From Halarcobacter sp. (GTDB lineage Bacteria; Campylobacterota; Campylobacteria; Campylobacterales; Arcobacteraceae): 64,000 nt of DNA. The notes beneath the pieces are model-generated. The model was not told the origin of the DNA and made no database searches. It saw nothing but the letters and a program-made list of their open reading frames with translations. Numbering within the stretch: the first letter of the stretch is position 1; each line of letters opens with the position of its first letter. Shown in pieces: positions 37,991 to 47,062 of this stretch. A program made the translations under genes and the position numbers. The stretch is from assembly GCA_963676565.1 (NCBI GenBank), contig OY781089.1, forward strand, positions 2,528,001 to 2,592,000. Reading direction: 5' to 3'.

Positions 37991-39547
37991 CTACATAAAC
38001 CTTTCAAAGCTTTGAGGATATGGAGTATTTAATAAATCACCCTTTTGCATAGGTGGAAACAATTCATCATATCTTTTATAGCTAGTTTGGTCTAACCTTC
38101 TAAAAATATGTGTTCTATTTAGCTTGTGTGGATTATCAAGTCCTGCTGATGCAATTATCTCAATAAAACTTTCTAAAGTTACTTCATGAAAATTTGCAAC
38201 TCTTTGTTTTTTGTCTTCGACTACAAGTCCTTTTGCTAATCTTGGATTTTGAGTAGCAACACCCGTTGGGCAAGTATTTTTATGACATTGTAAAGCCTGA
38301 ATACATCCAAGACTTAACATCATTCCTCTAGCACTTGCTACTAAATCAGCCCCAAGAGAGAAGGCTTTAGCTATATCCATTCCATTTAAAATTTTTCCAG
38401 AAGCAACAACTTTAATCTCATCTTTTAAATTAAATCCATTTAAACAATCAACTACAAAAACCAAGGCCTCTCTAAGTGGCATACCAACAGAATTTGTATA
38501 TTCTAAAGGAGCAGCACCAGTTCCACCTTCACCACCATCAACAGTTATAAAATCTGGTCTAATGTTATGTTCAACCATTGCTTTACAAATATCAATAAAT
38601 TCCTCTTTTCTTCCAACACAAAGTTTAAATCCAACGGGCTTTCCTTCAGTTAAATCCCTTAATCTTTTAATAAATTTTAAAAGTCCTAAACTTGAATTAA
38701 AAGCACTGTGTGTTGGTGGAGAATCAACTCTTGTATGTGGTTTAACATCTCTATCCTCAGCTATTTCAAGGGTATTTTTATTTGCTGGTAAAATACCGCC
38801 ATGTCCAGGTTTTGCCCCTTGAGAAAGTTTAATCTCAATCATTTTTACATTTTCATTTAATGCTTTTTTAGTAAATTTTTCTTCATGAAAATTTCCATCT
38901 TCATCTCTACAACCAAAATATCCAGTTCCAATTTGCCATATCAAATCACAATTAGATGCTAAATGATATCTACTTAATCCACCTTCCCCTGTGTTTAAAG
39001 CAAAATTTCCAATTTTAGCGCCATGTCCTAAAGCCATAATAGCATTTGAACTTAAGGCTCCAAAACTCATGGCAGAAATATTTAAAATAGATGAATCATA
39101 TGGGACTTTACAATCACTACCACCTATTAATACTCTTGGACTTAAGTCTAAATCATGGGCTTTTAAAGCATGTAAAGAGTGTCCTATCCACTCATAACCT
39201 TCTTGATAAACATCCATCTTAGTTCCAAAAGGAATTGTACTTTGTTGTTTTTTTGAACGTCTATAAACTACACTTCTTGCTTGTCTATTAATTGGAACCC
39301 CATCCATATCAGATTCAATAAAATATTGTCTAATAGGAGGTCTAAGCTCTTCTAAAACCCATCTCATACGTGCAACTACAGGGAAGTTTCTCCATAAGGC
39401 ATGTTTAGTTTGTTTTGTATCATAAATACCAACTGCAATTAAAACTGCAAATATCAAAGCAAGCCATAAAAATGATAAATCGATAATAGAAAGGATAATT
39501 ATAAAAATAGATCCAAAGATGATAATTTTTTGAAATAGTTTAGGCAT
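37991..39547 (-). CDS. FMN-binding glutamate synthase family protein (stand-alone FMN domain, N-terminal TM)
   Basis: SAMSFGALS, NTGEGG, EIKLSQGAKPG and GCIQALQCHKNTCPTG (3Fe-4S) motifs; likely ATG 39547. Confidence 0.88.
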   Translation of the reverse strand: MPKLFQKIIIFGSIFIIILSIIDLSFLWLALIFAVLIAVGIYDTKQTKHALWRNFPVVARMRWVLEELRPPIRQYFIESDMDGVPINRQARSVVYRRSKKQQSTIPFGTKMDVYQEGYEWIGHSLHALKAHDLDLSPRVLIGGSDCKVPYDSSILNISAMSFGALSSNAIMALGHGAKIGNFALNTGEGGLSRYHLASNCDLIWQIGTGYFGCRDEDGNFHEEKFTKKALNENVKMIEIKLSQGAKPGHGGILPANKNTLEIAEDRDVKPHTRVDSPPTHSAFNSSLGLLKFIKRLRDLTEGKPVGFKLCVGRKEEFIDICKAMVEHNIRPDFITVDGGEGGTGAAPLEYTNSVGMPLREALVFVVDCLNGFNLKDEIKVVASGKILNGMDIAKAFSLGADLVASARGMMLSLGCIQALQCHKNTCPTGVATQNPRLAKGLVVEDKKQRVANFHEVTLESFIEIIASAGLDNPHKLNRTHIFRRLDQTSYKRYDELFPPMQKGDLLNTPYPQSFERFM

Positions 39548-39588
39548 AAGGAAGTCTCTTTTTTTATTTTTATTATACAAAAAAGAGA

Positions 39589-39891
39589 TTAATTAGAAGG
39601 TTTATATTTTTTAGTTATCCTTGCAAAATCATAAAAATCACTTAACATTAAATAGCGAATTTGAATATCTTCAAATTTCTTATGAACTATTTCTAAACCT
39701 TCATTATATAATCTTACATCTTCAATAAATTCATTTGGATAATCAAGCTTTTCCTCTTTTATTTGAGGGAAACATTCCATAAATTGAAAAAAAAGTTTAT
39801 TTACAAGTTCTTTTTTTTCATTGCTTGGTTCTTTTAAAAAACCTTTTAGAGTTTCAAACTCTTTACAAATTTCTACTAAACACTTGTACAT
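39589..39891 (-). CDS. Hypothetical protein, coupled to the ArsC-family gene
   Basis: 100-aa ORF overlapping the upstream stop; RYLMLSDFYDF motif. Confidence 0.65.
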   Translation of the reverse strand: MYKCLVEICKEFETLKGFLKEPSNEKKELVNKLFFQFMECFPQIKEEKLDYPNEFIEDVRLYNEGLEIVHKKFEDIQIRYLMLSDFYDFARITKKYKPSN

Positions 39892-40301
39892 GAATCACTA
39901 CTACTTTGACAAGTACCAATTTGTTTTTTTGTATCAAGTTCTAAATCTAAGACATCATTTAATTTTGCCATATCAAATCCACAAATTTTACTATCATCTA
40001 CAATTATCAAAGGTCTTTTTATTAAAATTGGATCATTAATCATTTTATATATCAATTGTTCTTTGGTGACTGAATTTAAGTCAATTTCACCGTTTTTTAT
40101 CTTTGGAGCAGTTTCATTTACAATTTCATTTTTTTCTAGTCCTACAAAAAATGACTCTAAGGTTTTTTTGTCCCATTTTGTATCAAGTATAGATTTAACT
40201 TCAAACTCAAGACCGTTGGCTTTTAAAAGCTCTTTTTGTTTTTTATTTCCTAAACAACCAGGCTTCTCATAAAAAACAATCTTTTTTTTAACATAAAACA
40301 T
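39876..40301 (-). CDS. ArsC/Spx-family protein of the nitrogenase-associated (NifO-like) type
   Basis: IVFYEKPGCLGNKKQK start; PILIKRPL and GFD motifs; C-terminal Cys pair. Confidence 0.75.
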   Translation of the reverse strand: MFYVKKKIVFYEKPGCLGNKKQKELLKANGLEFEVKSILDTKWDKKTLESFFVGLEKNEIVNETAPKIKNGEIDLNSVTKEQLIYKMINDPILIKRPLIIVDDSKICGFDMAKLNDVLDLELDTKKQIGTCQSSSDSCTSV

Positions 40302-40328
40302 TTTGTCTCCTTCATCCTAATAATCTAT

Positions 40329-40345
40329 ATGCAAATATCATGCCT
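40329..40345 (-). promoter_or_regulatory. Sigma54 (-24/-12) promoter
   Basis: Minus strand aGG-CATGATATTT-GCAT, close to the TGGCAC-N5-TTGC consensus, with GC 30 nt before the ATG. Confidence 0.75.
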
Positions 40346-40356
40346 TTTATTGTTTA

Positions 40357-40373
40357 CGGTATTATTTTTGCAT
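40357..40373 (+). promoter_or_regulatory. Sigma54 (-24/-12) promoter, divergent
   Basis: cGG-TATTATTTTT-GCAT, with GC 35 nt before ATG 40406; a TATAAT overlaps at 40373-40378. Confidence 0.55.
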
Positions 40374-40405
40374 ATAATACTTTTTTTCAATTACAAAGGT
40401 ATTAC

Positions 40406-41578
40406 ATGCTTTCAAAATATTCATTCGGAACTTATAGAACAACTTATCAAAATCCAATTCATAAAGAAGCTTTAAATTTTGCATTAGATAATGGGATTAC
40501 TCATATTGATACTTCATCAAACTATATGCATGGTGAAGCAGAAATTATGATAGGTCAAATAATAGAAAATAGAAATAGAGAAGATTTCACTATTGTTTCA
40601 AAGGGTGGTTATATCCAAGGTGAAAACCTAAAAAGAGTTATGGAAGGCTTTAAAGTTGAAGATTTAGTAAGATATGATGAAAACTGTTTTCACAGTATCC
40701 ATGAAGAGTTTTTAGAAGATCAAATCAATAGAAGTTTAGAAAGATTAAAAACAAACTACATCGATGTCTATCTACTTCATAATCCCGAATACTACTTATT
40801 AAAAGAGATAAAAGTTGGTATGACAGAACAAGCCATCTTAAAACACCACGAGATTATGCAACAAAGAATAAAAAGAGCCTTTGCCTTTTTAGAAGCAAAG
40901 GTTAAAGAAGGAAAAATAAAAGCCTATGGTATTAGCTCAAACTCCTTTGCAAAAAAAAGAATAAATTACCACTTTTTAGAGTATAAACACTTAATAAACT
41001 ATGCAAAAGAGATTGCAGGAGATAATCACAATTTTAAAGTAATACAATTGCCTATGAATATGTTTGAAAATGATGGTGAAGAGTGTGCAAAATGGGCCCA
41101 TGAAAATGGTTTAGAAGTTCATATTAATAGACCATTAAATGCGATGAAAGAGGATAGAATGATTAGGCTTGCTTCATATGAAGAGTGTATAAATTATGAT
41201 TCCCTTTTAGCTCAAATTAGAGAAATAAATAATGATGCCTTTCAAGAGGTTATTGACCAGATTTTAAAAATAGAAAATGATTACAGATGGGCTGGCGATG
41301 TTGATGATATATTAGAGTATCAAGTAATCCCTTATATTGTTCAAAATATCAATCTTGACCCAGTTTATTTTCAATTAGTTGATAACTTTTTAAACTGTTA
41401 TAAAAGTAATATAAAAAGTAGAATTTCAAAAGAAGTAGCAAAGGAAATAAATATAAATGGTCCAATAGATGGTGTTGCTTTAAAATATTTGGAACAAAAA
41501 GAGTATGTTACAAGAATACTTGTGGGGATGAGAGATAAAAGATATGTAAAAAAGATTTTAGATTACTCTAAAATCTAA
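40406..41578 (+). CDS. Aldo/keto reductase family protein
   Basis: FGTY, IDTSSNY, SLERLKTNYIDVYLLHNP, YGISSN and ILVGMR motifs; likely ATG 40406 after AAGG. Confidence 0.85.
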   Translation: MLSKYSFGTYRTTYQNPIHKEALNFALDNGITHIDTSSNYMHGEAEIMIGQIIENRNREDFTIVSKGGYIQGENLKRVMEGFKVEDLVRYDENCFHSIHEEFLEDQINRSLERLKTNYIDVYLLHNPEYYLLKEIKVGMTEQAILKHHEIMQQRIKRAFAFLEAKVKEGKIKAYGISSNSFAKKRINYHFLEYKHLINYAKEIAGDNHNFKVIQLPMNMFENDGEECAKWAHENGLEVHINRPLNAMKEDRMIRLASYEECINYDSLLAQIREINNDAFQEVIDQILKIENDYRWAGDVDDILEYQVIPYIVQNINLDPVYFQLVDNFLNCYKSNIKSRISKEVAKEININGPIDGVALKYLEQKEYVTRILVGMRDKRYVKKILDYSKI

Positions 41579-42454
41579 TCTTTTAAGCTCTCTTTTTTTA
41601 TACCATTGTAGTAAAATATATGAGATTATAATTGCTGCAATGGTTCTAATTACTACAACCATAGTAAAATCAGCACCAAATATTACAAACAATAAAGTAT
41701 CTTCAATAACTGCGTGACAAATCATCAAAAAAGTACCTATATAGAAAATATCATCCTTAGAGATATTTCCACTTTCAACCTCTTTTATTAAAATTCCAGC
41801 TCCATAAGTAATACCTAAAATTATACCAACAGTAATAGAAAAACCTTTACTAACATTTTTTTGTGATTGTTTAATAAACTTTCTACTTTTTATGAAATCC
41901 ATCAAAAAAATCAATGCAGTTATTAAAATAATTACTGTGATACTTAATTCAATTGAATTTAAAATAGAACTTTGCAATAAATCACCAATACTTTCATATG
42001 TTTGTTTTTCAAACACAGAATCAGTTAAACTTGCACTAAAAAGTTTTGCAGGTAATAATGAAGTAAAAAAAGCAACTATAAAAGCACTAATTATCCTAAG
42101 GCTATATGAATAAAAATTACCTATTCCAATTTTTTTCATAATTACACCTTCTACAGGAAGTGCATGTGCAATACCTACAAAAACAGCTAAAATCGACCAC
42201 TGGTGAATAGTTAAATCCAATGGTGCAGCAAAAGCAACAGAAGCATAAACATTTAAAAACATTCCACTAATAATTGCAAGTGAAGTTTCAGGTGGCAAAC
42301 CAATTATTGAAGTAAATGGTTCTATTAAAAAACTAACATAGGATAAAGTATTATAGTAAAATAGTATATCTGCAATAATATAAATAGGTATGATTAGCTT
42401 TAAAACTATCCATGCACTTTTTATTGATGATTTGAAACTTTCTTTGTAATTCAT
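41558..42454 (-). CDS. Nucleoside-recognition (Gate) domain membrane protein
   Basis: Duplicated HALPVEG / HAVIEDT helices, GITYGAG, multiple TMs. Confidence 0.75.
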   Translation of the reverse strand: MNYKESFKSSIKSAWIVLKLIIPIYIIADILFYYNTLSYVSFLIEPFTSIIGLPPETSLAIISGMFLNVYASVAFAAPLDLTIHQWSILAVFVGIAHALPVEGVIMKKIGIGNFYSYSLRIISAFIVAFFTSLLPAKLFSASLTDSVFEKQTYESIGDLLQSSILNSIELSITVIILITALIFLMDFIKSRKFIKQSQKNVSKGFSITVGIILGITYGAGILIKEVESGNISKDDIFYIGTFLMICHAVIEDTLLFVIFGADFTMVVVIRTIAAIIISYILLQWYKKRELKRLDFRVI

Positions 42455-42457
42455 AAA

Positions 42458-43417
42458 TTAAGCTAAGCCATTTACAATATTTATTGGTTTTTTACCATCA
42501 AGAACTCTTTTTACATTTAGAGCAGCTTTTTGTCTCATCTCAAAATAAGCTTTATCACTATAAAAAGCAGAATGTGGATTAATCATAAATCTTCCATCAA
42601 GCCACTTTTCTTTTGCTTTCCAAGCATCTATCATTTTTCCACTTACTGGCGGTTCACTTGGAAGAACATCTAAACTAACACAATTTAAATGTCCAGATTT
42701 TAAAGGTTCATAAAAAACATCTAAATCTTTTACAATAGCACCACGTGCAGTATTTACAAGTGAACTTCCTGGTTTCATTTTAGAGATAAACTCTTCATCA
42801 ATCATTGCATTTGTCTCTTTATTTAAAGGAGCATTTATAGAGATAATATCGCAAGTTTCAAGTAATTCGTCAAGATTGTCAAATCTTTTTGCACCAAGCA
42901 TTTTTTCAGTTCCACTTGAAAGATATGGATCATAAAAATGTGTTTGAAATCTTAGGGCATTTGCTTTTAATAAAACACTTCCCCCTATTCTTCCTGCTCC
43001 AATAACACCAAGCTTATAATCGCTTGTTCTTTTGATATATTTTAATGTATTAGTTTGCCATGTTCCATCATCATACTCTCTACATTGATAATCATATCTA
43101 GTAATTCCACGGGCAATATTCATAATCATAGCAATTGATGTATCACTTACTTCATCTGTACCATAATCAGGTGTATTTGAAGCATAAATCCCTTTTGATT
43201 TAATATATTCCAAATCTTGAAACACATCATAACCTACACCGTATCTAACTAAAGCTTTTAGATTTGGTAGTTTATCAATAAATTCATTTGTAATTTTATG
43301 ATGCCAAACTAAAAGTACCTCTATACCCTCATGAAGTTCAGATGATAATTCATCCCCTAAAACATCTCTTTCAATATCAGGGTTTGTAACCTTATCTGTA
43401 ATATAAACTCTTTTCAT
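42458..43417 (-). CDS. D-isomer-specific 2-hydroxyacid dehydrogenase (CtBP-like)
   Basis: GVGYD, GAGRIG, NTARG, DVLPSEP and PHSAFYS motifs. Confidence 0.9.
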   Translation of the reverse strand: MKRVYITDKVTNPDIERDVLGDELSSELHEGIEVLLVWHHKITNEFIDKLPNLKALVRYGVGYDVFQDLEYIKSKGIYASNTPDYGTDEVSDTSIAMIMNIARGITRYDYQCREYDDGTWQTNTLKYIKRTSDYKLGVIGAGRIGGSVLLKANALRFQTHFYDPYLSSGTEKMLGAKRFDNLDELLETCDIISINAPLNKETNAMIDEEFISKMKPGSSLVNTARGAIVKDLDVFYEPLKSGHLNCVSLDVLPSEPPVSGKMIDAWKAKEKWLDGRFMINPHSAFYSDKAYFEMRQKAALNVKRVLDGKKPINIVNGLA

Positions 43418-43487
43418 AATATCTCCAAAATATCTATAAATATTAGCTTGATATTTTAGTTAAATATTGCAAAAAGTTAAGAATTTT

Positions 43488-44192
43488 TTACTCAATTATT
43501 CTTTTAGCTAGTTTTTCTATAACTTTCTTTTTTAGGATATGAATATCACTTTGCTTTACCCATAACAAGGCTTCTTTTTTATAATATTCTAAAATAAGAG
43601 GGTCAATAGATTCTTTTTTTTCATCCATTTTTTGTAAAAAATCTTTTAATTCTCCTTCATCAAAATCTTCAAATTTTTCTAACTTAAAATATAAAGCTTC
43701 TAAGAAATCATTATCGATAAAATCTTTACTTCTTTTTAAAAACTTTGTAGCTTCTGTTTCTAAAGCTTTTATATCATTCCATTTTCTTCCAGTTTTAAGC
43801 TGGTCAATTGCTACAGGTAAAAACACAGGAACTAGATCTAAAACTTGATTTAACTCACTAAAATCATTATCAACCATAGATCTAAAAAGCATTCTAGTTC
43901 TGTTTCTAATTTTTACTCTTAGATTATCATCTTTTATTACATCTTTATGAATTAACTGAAATCTTCTAAGAGCAGGTAATTTTGAGTGATTAAAAGCCAT
44001 AATAGAAACAAGTGGGGCACTATCAGCTATTTGCTCCTCCCTTGAGCCATTTGGTCTACAAAATGCCCAATAAAGCCTAGCTTCCATATCTTCATGATTT
44101 AGATATTTTTCATCCCCTAAGCTTTCAAAATCATCCTCATCTTTTAGTAGTTCTACTTCATCTTTATATGTTAAATTGAATAACTCTTCCAA
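43488..44192 (-). CDS. Hypothetical protein, putatively nif-associated
   Basis: Likely TTG start 44192 after AAGG, overlapping the VWA gene stop; ARLYWAFCRP and IMAFNHS motifs. Confidence 0.7.
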   Translation of the reverse strand: MEELFNLTYKDEVELLKDEDDFESLGDEKYLNHEDMEARLYWAFCRPNGSREEQIADSAPLVSIMAFNHSKLPALRRFQLIHKDVIKDDNLRVKIRNRTRMLFRSMVDNDFSELNQVLDLVPVFLPVAIDQLKTGRKWNDIKALETEATKFLKRSKDFIDNDFLEALYFKLEKFEDFDEGELKDFLQKMDEKKESIDPLILEYYKKEALLWVKQSDIHILKKKVIEKLAKRIIE

Positions 44193-45384
44193 AACGTTCA
44201 AACCTTTTAATATTTTTTTTCTCACTTATTATAAATAGTGTCTTACAAACTAAACTTTCATACATCTCAAATTCACCATCAGTTAAAACCATAAGTAAGT
44301 TATCACTTCTGATATCACTTGATTTTTTTAAATATCTTAAAACTTCATCAAAATTTGTTCCACCATCACTTTTAGGGATAAAAAGTTCTTTTTCTATCAA
44401 GGGATTAAAGGAATCAAACTCGATTATATGCTCCTCTTTAACTTTTAAATCAAAAGGAAGAACCTTTACTTTATATTCATAGAAACCTTCACAAACATCT
44501 TTTACTACCCCTAGAAATTTTTTATATTCATCAAGGGTAACACTTGAACTACTATCAAGTGCTATAAAAACCTCAATCATCTCGTCACTTTTTTTATTCC
44601 CAGGTAAATACAATCCACTATGAACAAATTTTCTATTTGGCCTTGAGTAAGTTGATGTTTTTTCAAACAGTGATGAGATTAAATACTCTTTTAAAGTATC
44701 TTGTAGTGAAATTTCAGGTTTTATTAAAGTATCTATTTCAATTTGCATTCCCTGATACTCTTTTGAACTTTTTTTAGCTATTGAAAGTGCTTGTATTATG
44801 ATTCCATCTAATTTTTCTCTATCACCACTACTTGTATTTTCATCATTTACCTCTTCTATATCCATCTTTGATTCATCATAGATATAAGCTTTTAATTTAC
44901 CATCTTCTTTTGGTTTAGTTTTTATCTCATCATCTTTTTTTTCTTCTGAAGAGCTTTCATTTTTTTCTTCTTCTTTTCTAAGGATTTCATAGACCTCTTC
45001 AACACATTTATTTTCTAAGTCTAAATCTAATATCTCATCAGTTGGCATTTTCCCTATATTTGAGAAACTATATAAAACCAAATTTGTAACTAAATCACAA
45101 GCTTGATTCCAAAGTTTTTTCTCTCTTGTTCTTTGTCTAAAGGGGTGTTTTAAAACTATGTGTAAAAGTGTGTGGGCATAAAGATAAGTTATCTCATCAC
45201 TAGAATAACTTTGTAGTTTTTTTAAATCAATAAATATCTCTTTACCATTAGTTTGAAATGCACTATTACTATTATCTTTAAAACTAGTTGGAATTGATAA
45301 TGCTAATACAGAAAGAAAGGGATGGTTAAATAAAAAGTTAATCCTTATTTTCTGAAAAACTTCATCATATGATATACTCACCAT
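44164..45384 (-). CDS. DUF2201-type protein: degenerate metallopeptidase-like N-domain plus VWA domain
   Basis: HTLLH at the HExxH position, WNQACD, MIDAS LDSSSS, GGTNF, LTDG. Confidence 0.82.
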   Translation of the reverse strand: MVSISYDEVFQKIRINFLFNHPFLSVLALSIPTSFKDNSNSAFQTNGKEIFIDLKKLQSYSSDEITYLYAHTLLHIVLKHPFRQRTREKKLWNQACDLVTNLVLYSFSNIGKMPTDEILDLDLENKCVEEVYEILRKEEEKNESSSEEKKDDEIKTKPKEDGKLKAYIYDESKMDIEEVNDENTSSGDREKLDGIIIQALSIAKKSSKEYQGMQIEIDTLIKPEISLQDTLKEYLISSLFEKTSTYSRPNRKFVHSGLYLPGNKKSDEMIEVFIALDSSSSVTLDEYKKFLGVVKDVCEGFYEYKVKVLPFDLKVKEEHIIEFDSFNPLIEKELFIPKSDGGTNFDEVLRYLKKSSDIRSDNLLMVLTDGEFEMYESLVCKTLFIISEKKNIKRFERFGRVIQFNI

Positions 45385-46372
45385 ACTGCTCCATCCAAGT
45401 ATCAAACTCTTCAAGTTCTGCTATATCTTCATCTTTGACTATTAAATCTTTAATAAGCATCACATTAAACTCAACTGGAAGATGATTTGCATATTTAAAT
45501 AAATTCTTTCCTTGAGAATTCCCTTTATATTTTTCAATTATTGCTGCACATAAAGCATATAAAGCACTAGGTTCGTCTGGAACAACATCACTTTCTCCTT
45601 CCAAGATAGCATCAATATCAGGTAACGTTTTATAAACTTTTACAAAAGAGATAAACTCAATGCCTGCACCATATCCAACAGTTCCGTAAACAACTGGATG
45701 AATACAATTTAGATCTTCATTCTTTTTTAAAATATTGGATAACATATTCCATGCTCTTGGTGTACAAAAAGCTGGATTTGTTTCAGTTGAACTTGGTACC
45801 TCATTACTTAATAAATCTGGACGAAAGCCTAAAAAACCTATAACAAAAGGATGTATCTCATTTTTGATTGCCCAAATTTTAAAATCATCATATTTAGCTT
45901 CCAAAACAATATGTACCATCCTATTAATAAGTGGACTTGGAAGTTTAAAAACAATACCTTTATCATCTATTTTATTTCCAGCACAAATGATTCTCCAACC
46001 CCTAGGCAGTGTGTACTCACCAATTTTCCTATCTAAAACCAACTGATAAATTGCAGCTTGAACTGAAAGTGGAGCTGAGTTTAACTCATCTAAAAAAAGT
46101 ATTCCTTCAGAATCTTCATTGGAGGGTAAAAAAATTGGTGGCATCCATTTTGTTTGATTATTAGATATTGTAGGAATTCCCCTTAAATCAACTGCATCAA
46201 GTTGAGAAAGTCTTACATCTATAAGCTTTAAATCATTTTGTTTTGCAATATCATTTACAATATATGATTTTCCAATTCCTGGACTACCATGGATAAATAA
46301 AGGTATATCTACATCTATTAAAACTTGGATTTGTTTATATAATTCAGTTGTTCCTATAGAAGGTGTAATCAT
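45365..46372 (-). CDS. MoxR-like AAA+ ATPase
   Basis: GSPGIGKS, DLRGIP, LFLDELN, CAGN, LINRM and TPRAW motifs. Confidence 0.88.
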   Translation of the reverse strand: MITPSIGTTELYKQIQVLIDVDIPLFIHGSPGIGKSYIVNDIAKQNDLKLIDVRLSQLDAVDLRGIPTISNNQTKWMPPIFLPSNEDSEGILFLDELNSAPLSVQAAIYQLVLDRKIGEYTLPRGWRIICAGNKIDDKGIVFKLPSPLINRMVHIVLEAKYDDFKIWAIKNEIHPFVIGFLGFRPDLLSNEVPSSTETNPAFCTPRAWNMLSNILKKNEDLNCIHPVVYGTVGYGAGIEFISFVKVYKTLPDIDAILEGESDVVPDEPSALYALCAAIIEKYKGNSQGKNLFKYANHLPVEFNVMLIKDLIVKDEDIAELEEFDTWMEQYGEYII

Positions 46373-46380
46373 TATTTATC

Positions 46381-46569
46381 CTATGAAAGTTTTAGCTCTT
46401 TTAGTATCTCTTGTAAATCTTTATTTAAATCGGTGATTTTTTCTAGAACTTTATCTTTTTGCTCATTTGACATTGAAAATTTGCTATCAATATTTTCATA
46501 AATTTTTAAAGAGTCAGTAAAAATCTTTTGCATCAAATCTTGTTTTATTTTTTCTTCTAAAATACCCAT
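46381..46569 (-). CDS. Small helical hypothetical protein
   Basis: 62 aa, AAGGAG SD, within the operon. Confidence 0.7.
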   Translation of the reverse strand: MGILEEKIKQDLMQKIFTDSLKIYENIDSKFSMSNEQKDKVLEKITDLNKDLQEILKELKLS

Positions 46570-46582
46570 AATATCTCCTTGA

Positions 46583-46965
46583 TTAAACTTTTTTTAGAAA
46601 GCTAGCTAAATCACTATCCATACTTATTAGATGTAAATCAAACCAATCTGGAAGCTTTTGTATATAGTAAGCTTTTAATAGTTGCTTACCAATAGAAGTG
46701 TTACTTTTTTCTAAAAAAAACTGCATCTCATGTAGTACTTTTTGATGTTCCTCTTTATGCTCTCTTGAAGTTGGATAATTAAATTGATCCATTTGTAATT
46801 CTTCATAAAAAAATGTCTTTTTGTATGTTCTATTAACTCTTTTGTTTTATTTATTATACTGCCAATTGAATTGCTGTCTGCACCATTATAAATCTGAACA
46901 AACTCTTTATGAATCTCATCCATTTCATTGTGTTTTAGAAGATGCTTATTATCTTTAAATTCCAT
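46583..46965 (-). pseudogene. Single-domain bacteriohemerythrin split by a frameshift in a T7 tract
   Basis: MDEIH, HF-x2-EE, HKEEH and H-x4-D ligands lie in two frames; one extra T at 46807-46813 gives an intact 127-aa ORF. Confidence 0.8.
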
Positions 46966-46994
46966 ATTTTTCTTACCATATTTTTAAAGCTTAT

Positions 46995-47011
46995 ATGCAA
47001 TAACTATACCC
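46995..47011 (-). promoter_or_regulatory. Sigma54 (-24/-12) promoter
   Basis: Minus strand gGG-TATAGTTATT-GCAT, with GC 32 nt before the hemerythrin ATG. Confidence 0.7.
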
Positions 47012-47062
47012 CATTGAAAAAACTCTTTTAAACAATGTTTTGTATAATGTATTTTTTAATAA

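Noticed and set aside
41558..43417. Dehydrogenase and Gate-domain genes as part of the sigma54 operon
   Set aside because: They are separated by a 70-bp gap with a sigma70-like TAAAAT and no GG-N10-GC; read-through cannot be excluded but is unsupported
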